A DNA stretch of 58,714 nt, the filler included, from Sphacelaria rigidula (lineage: Eukaryota): NCBI GenBank assembly GCA_964200075.2. It is 2 parts of 2 records of this genome, joined end to end, with 100 filler letters (N's around TTAATTAATTAA, not from the genome) between each part and the next. Parts side by side here need not be neighbours in the genome. Positions count along the whole stretch, not along the records: positions 1 to 29,334 come from CAXNAA020000083.1; positions 29,435 to 58,714 come from CAXNAA020000084.1. One strand, 5' to 3'. Below, piece after piece: positions 25,350-36,400 of this stretch (position 1 is its first letter; each line of letters starts with the position of its first letter). Position numbers and translations under genes: made by a program. The notes below the pieces were generated by a model. It did no database searches, was not told where the DNA came from, and saw only the letters and a list, made by a program, of their open reading frames with translations.

Positions 25350-25884
25350 TAATTGAATGCACGTAAATCCAGGCACTCCGGGAGGACCTCCACGATGGCG
25401 CAGAGGGGGTCAATCGGGTAGAAGCCCGTAGGCAGAATCCTTGATGTATATTTATTCATTGATGCATATTATATAATGACGAACTGGAACAGACGGGAAC
25501 GAACTGGGACGAACACAACAACAACTGAATACTGTGGGGAAACCCAACCGCGCGAATCGGCAAAACTCATCTCCTTTCCCAGCCATCAATCACACGAGCG
25601 CAACATAACCACACATCCTATAATTACGTCAAACACCATAATCTTACATGGACACACAAAGTACCATAATCGCGGTTGTTGCTACACACCACAAGCCACC
25701 GCGCCTACACCAGGAATTATCATGTGTCACATTAGAGATATTCTCATTTTTCACCCAATTTAACCGTCGCAAACAGTACCCACACTTGACCGTTTATACC
25801 CGATCCTCATCCGAGGTACAAACATACTCCAGGCAAATCCAATCAACCATGTATATCATACTTGAGTGTGAGTATATTCGATTA
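25350..25884 (-). repeat. 3' LTR (535 bp)
   Basis: Colinear with 28481-29051 apart from scattered substitutions, small indels and a shorter (ACA)n tract. Confidence 0.9.
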
Positions 25885-28480
25885 GCCCCCCTACTCTCGG
25901 CTCAAGTAATGAAAATTCATACTGGATATCAAGTGCCTCATTCTCGGAACGGATAATACTATTGTACGTTCGTCAAACATGAATCCAACAGTAAGAACTG
26001 AAAATAAAAATTCAATCCCGTGAGAAAAATAATCCTCTCCAACTACACACATACTTCGCAAACTTTTATACTTTAGCAATCGAAAAAATCAAATCCTGAA
26101 TATCTTCATTTCTTCGCCATTCTTCGATGCTTCGTTCCAAAAATCACTTCCATCAGCCAGTATGCCAGATAGAAAAACTCAATCTCGGGATAGCAATCTC
26201 AATTATCACCAGTTCCCCAATTTTATTTGAATGAAAAATCATGAAGATCAATAAACAGTAGGCACTCTTTTTAAGCTCCTCAATTCCCATGATGACATTT
26301 AGACACAGACTCGATTCTCCATCACATCTGTCAAATTTATGTCGTAAGCATGGTAATCAGATGCTACTGTCTACGTGAAATTCGATTTTACCAATCGCCT
26401 GCAACACGATCTACATTAGCCATGTCCCTACACTTATCATACACTTGCATGGTAATCCTGCATTCATGCTGAAGCGAAAAATCATATCAGTGCTATTTAT
26501 TCCACCGCACACAAAACAATTCATCAATGGAAAAACGCGAAAATAAATCCTGCGAATTGAAAACTCGCAGTATCAGTAGGACTTGTACCGCCCGTGAGGT
26601 ACAAAAAGGAACTCAAATTCAAATCAAGTAAACTCAAACTAGAATATCAAAATACTAGAGGTACGCTCGAATACAAAAACCCGTACCATCTCTTACCTGT
26701 TATAACACAAGGAACACTAAAACTTGCTTCCGAAATCATCTCGGTATCCTCGAAAAAATCAAGACACACGTCATCTGAAAACACCGTCAGCCCCCCTGAT
26801 ATCGACCGTCTATCAACCGCCTAGAATAGTCAAAATAGTCGACATCAGTGGACACCTGCAAGCTTGAATCTAATTATTTTATAACGCGAAAAACATATCC
26901 TCGAAATCTCGTTCACTTCATATACCCTGGAATAGTCAGAGAAGAACAAACTCCCAGCACATTTGCTCATTTCACAGCAATTTGTACCGCGTATAGATTA
27001 TCATGGAGTTATTCCGGGCATAGCACCAAACTCCGTGAGCATTCAAACCTGTTGTACTCAGAATTAAGCGGTTGGCCAGTCCTATTCATCTCGAGTAACT
27101 ACCGTTCAATGCAAAATTCGTTCGTCACTCTGCCCAATAAACTCCCAAAATATCGAAACTCAGCGTCAAACTCTTCGGAATATTTCTCTTTCACACAAAT
27201 CAATCCCAGTATACCAAAATTCAAGTGCATGCAGAGAAATCAAGTTCATGATTACTCTGCATGAATAGAACAGCTACTACGAATCTACCAAAACAGATAT
27301 TACACTTTTTATCATTATCATACCCTGGGGAGAATAAAATATCTTTCACTCCGCACAACACTGCGGCCCCCCTTTTCTGACGGCGGCCCCCCTGCTCTGA
27401 TATCACGTGTTTCTTTCACGGGGTATTCCCTCCGGGTTCATAAAATATCAATCGCGGACGGATTATCAAATGTTTCGTTGCACCCTAGACGGACAACACT
27501 CGTGAGAGTATACTCATGGTGGAATTCACGCTGTAGATATCTGGCTCGAAATCCAAATCTGCAAGTCACAAACAATATAAAATGCTCAAAACAAACCGGT
27601 GTAGGTTACGAGATACCAAATGTCTCAACTAGTCGGAAAAAATGGGAATAGTTGTATCAACCTCCTTTTTCGATAGCCGGACGATAGAATCACTGCAATT
27701 GTGTGAAGGATCAAACTGGAAAATCACCTTCAAGCTGCGGTACTCAGTTGTGGGAATATAATCGAAACGATACGGAAAGGGATCATGACATCAACCCCCC
27801 CCCCCCATGATTTCTTTCCCGACTGCAGAATAAGGGTGGTCCAACCCCCGGGGGTCTCTCGCGCTTTTCCAATCTTCGTCATCAGCGGAGAGATTTTGCG
27901 GCGTTCCGGGTGTGACCTGGTCGAACCCGTTGCCCTCGCTGCTTTGGCTGTGGTCCGTGTCTTCGTCGCCTCCGCTGCGGTCATCGTTGTTGTCGTCGTT
28001 TTTGTCGTCTTCGCTATCGTCGGCGTTGCTGCCGTTGTCTTTACCGTCATCGTTGTGGCCGTTGTCTTTATCGTCGTCGTGGCTGCCGTTGTTCTTGCTG
28101 CTGCTGGCTTCGATATCTGCGGAATTTTCTGAGAAGCATTCCAACTGTGGATCTCGGGCAGTGCTGGTCGAGAGGGGTACTCTCGGCCGCGGGGTCGTAG
28201 CCGACATTGCCTCTTGCGAAACCTGTCTTATCGGTTCACGGGTTGCCGCTGACGTTGCGCTATAGCACATGCACGTGAGACTACCCGGAATGTATTCCAT
28301 AACTGCAGAACCTCCTGTCGTTGAAAAGCCACTTGAAATTGGTATGAAAACCAACGCCTGCTTTAAGCCGGCCACTCGTCGTATAGGTACTCGAACCATC
28401 CTGACTTCCATACCCCATGATACCAATCCTCCAAGGGTTTGCACTCTGGACACGCTTCGATGATCGAAATTATGCTAGCA

Positions 28481-28657
28481 TAATTGAATGCACGTAAATT
28501 CAGGCACTCCGGGAGGTCCTCCACGATGGCGCAGAGAGGGTCATTCGGGTAGAAGCCCGTAGGCAGAATCCTTGATGTATATTTATTCATTGATGCATAT
28601 TATATATTATTGACGAACTGGAACACACTGGAACGAACTGGGACGAACACAACAACT

Positions 28658-28688
<31 letters not shown>

Positions 28689-29051
28689 CTGAATACTGTG
28701 GGGAAACCCAACCGCGCAAATCGGCAAAACTCATCTCTCTTCCCAGCCATCAATCACACGAGCGCAACATACCCACACATCCTATAATTGCGTCAAACAC
28801 CATAATCTTACATGGACACACAAAGTACCATAATCGTGGTTGTTGCTACACACCACAAGCGACCGTGCCTACACCAGGAATTATCATGTGTCATATGAGA
28901 GATATTCTCATTTTTCGCCCAATTTAACCGTCGCAAACAGTACCTGCACTTATTGACCGTTTATACGCGATCCTCAACCGAGGTACAAACATACTCCAGG
29001 CAAATCCAATCAACCATGTATATCATACTTGAGTGTGAGTATATCCGATTA
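28481..29051 (-). repeat. 5' LTR (571 bp) containing an expanded (ACA)n microsatellite
   Basis: Direct repeat of 25350-25884; (ACA)n at ~28648-28688. Confidence 0.9.
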
Positions 29052-29334
29052 TGTTGCGCCATGGCGTTTGATACCAGATGGAGATGTGGAGCTAGTACGA
29101 CGCTTAGGCATTATTGAACAGACAGACCCAACAGTGTACCGAAGATGCTCAAACACCTGCGTGTTGGTTTAATAATATATGGTTGATTAGGAATGATCAA
29201 AATCGGTAACGAGGGTAGACAGCGAATGTGTCCGAATGTGTCTACCAGGTGTCTACCTCTACCGTAACAAAAGTGCTCATTTTGACGACTGTGATTGGTC
29301 AGAATGGTCATCCCGTGCCTTTCGGGCCTCGTGC

Positions 29335-29434
29335 NNNNNNNNNNNNNNNNNNNNNNNNNNNNNNNNNNNNNNNNNNNNTTAATTAATTAANNNNNNNNNN
29401 NNNNNNNNNNNNNNNNNNNNNNNNNNNNNNNNNN
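29335..29434. other. Artificial contig-join spacer (N44-TTAATTAATTAA-N44)
   Basis: Exactly 100 bp and symmetric. The central 12-mer gives stop codons in all six frames. Confidence 0.95.
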
Positions 29435-29489
29435 AAACGTCATAAAAGTGAACAATCCGTGGGTAAAAAATCTGTTGCCATAACATCCG

Positions 29490-29680
29490 GCCTGACCGTC
29501 GTTTTTTACTGAAAATTCGTGTTTGGCCTGATTCGGTCGAAAACAAAAGTGCGGCCAGACGGAACTGTAGCGTTGCTCTGGAACGGTCTCAAGGAGTAGA
29601 CCAAGTCATTCCAAGGCGTCAACTTTCGAGCGTGAATCGACGGAGAAGGGCCCAAAAGGCAGTTTTTCACAGGAAGTTTG
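29490..29680. mobile_element. Diverged partial relative of the 8994-9410 foldback element
   Basis: AAAATTCnTGTTT, TGCGGCCA, CTCAA..AGTAGA and GTCATTCCAAGG appear in the same order as in the right arm of 8994-9410. Confidence 0.5.
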
Positions 29681-30928
29681 AACGGCTCCCGTTAGGGTTG
29701 GCCTAAGGGCCCTTACTCGTACTGCCTCTTTCGTTGCACAGCCACTATTTCAGTAAAGAATATAGTCAACAGTCGTTTCACAATTTTTTGCATGTGCAAC
29801 ATGCCAGCTCCTCGCACAAACTCCAGGCTAAATGGACTTCATTAACTCCCTCCTCCCCGGTGCTGTGAATTGAACCCTGTCCATCTCATCACGTCTTATT
29901 CTGTAGAGTGGGGGGGGGGGGGGTGTCTCTCTTATGCTGTAAATTGTATACCTCTCGTTCCTACCCCTCATCATATAGGGGGATGTAATCGGGTGTGCGT
30001 CGGTGACCACCTGAAGGACACCATCAGTATACGGTACATTAGAGCACCTGGTGCGAGAGCGAATGTTTCATCGTTTCACAGTGATCCTTGGCTTTGAGCT
30101 ACAGTATTGTCTTGTTTCAGGTATTTACAGTTGGTTCACACCAGCTACTGACTGTTGTTCCGTGTATACAGCAGGGGTTGGGTATGATACACTTCTACAG
30201 TCAGTTCCACCAACCACCACGTACAGCGGGTGGTCGTTGTAAAATCGGGTCAAGTTGAACTTCGCCAGGAGGCATCTTGCCATCTGCCCAAATGAAGAGG
30301 CGGCATGTACAGACACTCAGTACAGTCAGTATTGCTGTCGATGTATTCAATACGATTCACTGGCCAAGCACAACGGTGAGTAGAGAAGGGTGCCTTCATC
30401 GTTCATCTGGTAGCGAGATGCAACATCGTTAGACAAGGCGAGATGGACACCGAAGTACGTCACAGCTCTAGCGAACAAACTATCGATCAAATACAAATGA
30501 AAGTTTCACAATACGAACACGGGCGCTCGCGTCTATCATAGCAGGATACAAAACCAAAGTATGACCACCTGTGAGGAAATGAAAAAAAGTTCGTACGATT
30601 CATAACTATTCATGCGCACATCACCGAGAAAAAAGAAAATGAAGATGGCAAGGCAAGAAGATCAAAGGGGGTGCGAAGAGTGAAGATTGAGTGCGACATT
30701 CATCTACGCTACCAGGCACGCAGTAACGAGGAGGTTCAACCGTTCAAAACGTTGCACCTGACTTTCATCACATGTGGCATCGTCTTCGGACATGAGAAGG
30801 TACCGCAGTGTGTCGTCTTTTCTGGACCTGCGAGGGAATCATGTTATCATTACAGACAAAACGGTACGCAATCTCGACCTATCTACATCGTTGCCCGATG
30901 TACATGTATGAGAGGTACCCACACGTAC

Positions 30929-32301
30929 CTGCGATCAAGACCTCCTTTTGGTTTTTCCAGTCAGCGAAGGGTAGCATCGCGCCCGCCGCGATGAAAAAAC
31001 GTACAAATGCAGAAGCTGCATCTGGTATGGCCCCATGATTTTCCACGAACTTCACCTATTCCACGAAAAAGAGAGGCACAGACTTGAGCACATTACTTCG
31101 TTTCGAAATCCCCCACTGCAAGGAACATCTCCGAACGCTTACGCATGCACTCGGAGAGCTTGATTGCACTTTTACGAATAGACCAGACCGATTTCTTCGT
31201 GGCGAGTCACGGTTCATGATATCAGTATCATAGAGTGGTGTCACAACACCGGTCGCCATGGGCTAAGCCACAAGTCTCACCCTTCGTGGACCGTTTGTTA
31301 GGGGAGGTTTCGAACACGAATCGAACATGTTGAGGATGGTATCACATGATAAACAGACCAGTGAGAATCTCGCGTGGTCATGGAGTACGCAGAGGATTTG
31401 GAGATAGCGGGGGAAGTGAAGGGGTAGGTTCAAGCCTGACCTTCTCCAAGATGGATGCTCGAGATAAAGAAAAAGATTCAACACCTGACTATAATTGTGC
31501 TGGCAGTGGCCGGCGCCTGACACAGAAACCAGGCGGGCAGCGGGGAACAGTACAGAAGTTAGAACACCCTGAAAGAATAAAGCAGTGTACACTATAACTG
31601 ACCACCGGGAAGTTGGTGCCCATAATCGCAGCCACCGCAAGCAAAAGCACTCGATATCCCCAGTACTCCCATCCTTTTTCGCCATCCCCGGTCAAATTCG
31701 AGTCGCTTGTGTGCTGGCTCTCCGTGCTGACGGCACTACCGATACTGTTGTTACTTTTGGCAGTGCCGCTGCTTGCACCCTCGCCTGCTCCCGTCCCCGC
31801 AAACGCCGAAATAGCCCTCTCCCTCAAGATATTCACACCAGCAGCGTCTTCCACCCCGATGTTCAACACTCCCAGTTCCGTCTTGCTCGCTGAACCCGTG
31901 CGCTTGGCTCCTTCACAACTCGAAAGTATTGGGCTGTTGGTGTCACTGAACAAGTACTGACTGGTTTCCGAGTTGAATCTGCGTCGCGCGCCTTGTATGT
32001 TTCCATATTGACCGCGCGAAGAAGCTAGGTTCAAAGGATCGAACGTTCCGCCACCGCCCTTCCCACCTCTCCCGGGACTGTCCATCCTCTCCATTGAATA
32101 AGCAGAACATCGTCGGCACTCGCTGCGCTTGCTTGTCCATCGTGGTTTGTGCTTCAGCCCGCCGTATCTCGCTAATGAAGCTGTCGGTCGTGTTGTTCGA
32201 GGAGTGTGTGTTCCAAATGCAAAGGCCGCGGTTGTTGGGGCCATGAGGCACAAGTGTACTGCTGCCAGTACGGCCGCTATTGTTACCGTGGTATGTGGCA
32301 T
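30929..32301 (-). CDS. EamA/DMT-superfamily transporter with probable bipartite plastid-targeting presequence; only exons 1-2 found
   Basis: Exon 1, 32301-31603: hydrophobic signal, TTAA-FAF cleavage-like motif, R/S/T-rich transit region, then YRVLLLAVAAIMGTNFPV; donor GTCAGT. Exon 2, 31055-30929: VKFVENHG..SAFVRFFIAAGAMLPF..VLIAG; donor GTACGT. GxNFxxVK and RFxxA are typical of the first EamA repeat. Confidence 0.8.
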
Positions 32302-33432
32302 GGTGTGTGTCTAGTAGGCGAGATTCACCACACCACAGTCAGTGCAGTACCGTACTCTACTGGGCCGAAACAGTGCAGCACGGTACTGGGCCGCTGACCT
32401 GGCGCTGACTGCTGTGGTTTCATGCAATGATTTCGGGCAACAATGATCCTTGTATGCAGGTCGCCGTCGCTGTCGGTCGCGTACGACAAAGGTTTTTATC
32501 CAAAAGCATCAAAGGATTAGTCGAGGATGCAAAAAAGCGAAGGCCTAGGGGGCGATGCAAACCAGGCACGCGGCAAGGACAGTGAGATAGCACCCTTTAC
32601 AAGCCGGACCGTATTCAAGGTGGGTGAATGCATGGTCCATTTGTTGTTGTTATCGTGTAGATATGTTGGATGTTACACGGGATTGCTATCTTAACTGTCT
32701 GCGACTGCCTAGGCTGGCTGTGTCTGTGTGCACTATCTGTACCCATCCTACAGACATAGTATCTAGTATGCTGTTTTGTGCTGAATTCATAGCTCGAAAC
32801 TTGTCCGTCACTTCAGTCTGTAGGGCACGGCGCTATGCGCTTTACTGCATCGTAAATCTATGAACTGTTTGGCTGTCTGTACCCCCATACACACCTGCTC
32901 TGCGGTATAATAACCATCCGCACCGACATAGCATATCGAGGTGTCGGATCCATTTCTCAAACAAATTGCTGCTGCCATTATCCCTGTACTACACTGCAAG
33001 TGACACAGTTCTCTACTGTAGATATTGCACATGATTTCCCAGGGTTTTAAAATCTCTCCCCAGGGTGAACGCGCGCCGTAACCGTTTTTACAGGGCGAGC
33101 GGGGGTCTTCGTTCCCGTCGTGTAGGGTTGCACTGTACTGATGATTGCAAGGTGATATTCAAGTACAACGCTTGGCGCGAATGTTGCCGATCACGCCGAA
33201 ATAGGTCGCAGCTGGTACCATCCATTATATTGATAGCTTTCCGACAAAACGTCAAGCCGAAAACCTGACCCTGTTTTTATCATGGTGTGTAGATTATTCG
33301 TATGTGTTGAATTGAATGTTTAATGTTTAAATTTAAAAAGACAAGCGTTATTCATCATTGTTCACCAACGGCTCGACACAGGCGCTTCCCTGCTGCGAGA
33401 CGCGACGATACGAGTGTACTGCAAAACTTCCT
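32302..33432. promoter_or_regulatory. Divergent (head-to-head) intergenic region between the EamA and kinesin genes
   Basis: The inferred start codons at 32301 (-) and 33433 (+) are ~1.1 kb apart. No specific motifs identified. Confidence 0.4.
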
Positions 33433-36400
33433 ATGGCGAACGAGGCACCGCTCGCGGCAGCGAGGTCGGAGGCGGACGATATAGATGTTGACAGCAACGA
33501 CATCACTGGTGCTGCTTTTACTCTTGCATCAACTGCTGACGCCAATCGAAGTCGTAGCATTCCAGGCAACAGCGGTTCGGGAACGTCAACGACCACATGC
33601 CTAGTTGCGGACGATGGCGAGTTGGAACATGAACGTCCTGTCGCCACCGACGGGCCGACACACAAAGTGTACACGGGATCAGCCGGACCACTGGACTGCG
33701 AAAATATTCACAACGCAAGCACCGCCTCAGGTGGTGTCGCCCAGATTTTCGGCGTCGGGGCCCAGGGCGGGATCGATTTTCGAGATGCTGGTACAGATGA
33801 CGTGGTTGTGGTTGGCGACACAAGCAACAGCTTCGGAACTACCTCGCACACCGCTGGTTCGAGCACTTATACTGCTACAGACGAGATCCAGGATAGTATT
33901 TGTAATCGGAGGGACGAGAAGCAGGAGTTATTAAAAAGCTTCGAGACTGAAAACAGCCAGGTAGGGCAAATGACTGTTGTGCCATGTGAGATCATTCAAA
34001 GAAATTGTCGTCCCATATAAACATCATGGTCGGTGCAAGATTATGTCCGCTGACAGTCCCGCGAGTATTTGGAGGACATCCAGAGGGTAATTGGATGTGG
34101 ACGGTTGATAGGAACGATGCAAAATATAAATCTATACATCTCACCCAACAGGCGTGCAGTAGTTGCCATCAACAGGGGAGATCGCCTGTTTCCTCCTGTT
34201 CATGCACGATTTCGCTTTGTGTCCCTGACATCTTGTATATATTACCATCACTGCTGGGAGTAGCGGACGCACTGATGCGTATGACGCCGAGAATATGCGT
34301 GGCAGTGTTCTTCTCTACGTAGACGTTTTCTCTCCACCGCACCCCGGCACCCCCCCCCCCCCAAAAAAAAAAAAACCCCCGGTGAGGGACCCACCCCCAC
34401 ACCCAGATTTTCCGGGGGGACCGAAGAAGCGCCGGGGCGTCGCGGTGGCGTACAGGTCGACTATACTACTGTATTGGCCAGTGTGTCAATAATACTTTAG
34501 TGTTTGGAGAACCACGAAATGCACGATTAGCACCATGTGTTGCCGCCGGGGGTGATATACACAAACCGAGGGAATCTGCTCAGCTTCAGCGTTGAGGCTA
34601 TCGACGTTGAAGGTCAGTCGGCAATGTTGCTCGAATGCACGTCTGGCACCCAAATGATTGAGGTCTACCACAGTAGTTAGATCTCATCTACTTCTCACCA
34701 ACGTAATTCCCTTACATCATGCGTGCGAGCCTCACCCAGCGTCGCTTCTGAAGCGTCTATACTGTTCACAGTGGCTGCGCGGACGGCACGTTCGTTTCCC
34801 CTCGGTTACATGTCAACGAGAGAAATATGATGCTCCCAGGTGGAAATATTCACGTAAACCAGAAGGTGGACCACAAAACAGTCCTAGTGTTTGCTGATAT
34901 TGTAGGGGAATACATGATACTGTGGGTACATATCTCAAGTTAATTCGGCCCTATTTTCCCAGTGTAATTGGCACTGCGAAATAGGATCCTGTCATTTGGG
35001 CCCTCGGCGTGTGCTATTTCTCTCATCGTCCTGCTGTAACAACGCCGTCTTCGTGGGGTATGTCCCTTGTTTATACGACAGGACAATGAGGGGACTGGGG
35101 TCGAGCCTGGAGACGACAAGCTTGTGCCGTCAGATCTGAACACGGGGTTCGGTTCCCTGAGCCAAGATGAAGCTCAGGACGGCGGTATGCCACCTCAGAT
35201 CCACATCCCGAGGGGAAGCAGAGGAGCATCACCCGCGTCCAGTAAAAAATCTCCGCTGTTCGGCAGTACTCCGCTACAAAAACCGACGGGAGTATCGCCG
35301 GCGTCGAGCAAAAATTCTCCATTGTCCGTCGGTACTCCATTATCCGTCGGTACTTCATTGTCCGCCGGCACCCCGCCGCGGAAAATGAGTTCGAGTGTAA
35401 CCTTAGCTGCGAGGGGTAACGCGGAGGAGAAGACTCTAGGGGAGAGACTGGAGGCTGCTCTAGGGGAACGGACGGGAGCTGATGATGGCGATAGGCGGGT
35501 GTTGGTCAGCGCTTCTTCAGGGTGAGTCCATCCCGCTGCTCGAAAGCTTTCTTGTTTTCATCTCTATCGCGCACTGAGGGTTCTGACTCAGCATTGATTC
35601 ACTGTTGTCCTCACATGCGATGTGTGTCGAGACTGAGATTGTGTGACAACAGCTCTCACTCGAGGTGTGACCGGTATTTACGTTCAGCTTTACACTCTCT
35701 AGCTCCATATTCCCGGTGCTGAGCCTAATTGACGCGCTACTGAAGCTCCTTCGAATACGTCCTTTTTCACATATTAATATTGCTGGTGCAGGGTCAACCT
35801 ACGTGCCGTCAGATCTCGTGAAGGTACCCCCAGTCCACATGGAACGAGACGGGGCGGAAGGGGTCAAAGCGTGCCAACGTCCGCAACGAGAGGATCCGGG
35901 CGTGGTCTGCGTATTGCGCGCTCCACTGGCAGTACTCCTCGTAGTAGCCGAAGTCCAGAGAACAGGCGGGGTAGCATTTCGTTCGTCGAGTACGTGGCAA
36001 GCAGGTGAGATCGCACGGGTATGTTGGTGCGCTCATGTGTCCGAGAAAATGTAATCAACTGCTGAATGTCCGTTAGTACGTCGCTCATTCAGTCAGCCTT
36101 GGAAGAGCGCCAAATGCGCTCTAGTCACGAAAATCCGCTCTTTGAATACTCAGAGAGCTCGTCTTTCTGTTTATGACACTCTGTCGTTCCCCCCCTCCCT
36201 CCAATCCAGCCATAGCGAATTGTCGCTGCTGGAGGCTTCGCGCCATTCCCCCGCCGGCAGCAAGAGGCCGCGCGATCGTAACGCACTAAGGGTAGCAGTG
36301 CGGGTGAGGCCCATCATTGCCCGGGAGAAGGGTTCGAGGACGGTGGTATGCGAGGGGGGCGATGGGCGACTGGTGGTGGTCAATCCCAAAAAGTTCAGGG

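Larger units (their letters stand above)
25350..29051 (-). mobile_element. Non-autonomous LTR retroelement with two similar LTRs and TA...TA termini, adjoining the Gypsy protease region
   Basis: Direct repeats 25350-25884 and 28481-29051 (TAATTGAATG...CGATTA). Polypurine tract GAGAGTAGGGGGGC on the minus strand next to the left LTR. The interior is AT-rich with no intact pol. Confidence 0.85.

Noticed and set aside
29379..29390. Biological palindrome or PacI-like site
   Set aside because: Centre of a synthetic 100-bp assembly spacer.
34335..34440. G-quadruplex or low-complexity functional element
   Set aside because: Homopolymer-rich noise resembling the low-quality flanks of the gaps at 54291 and 56594.
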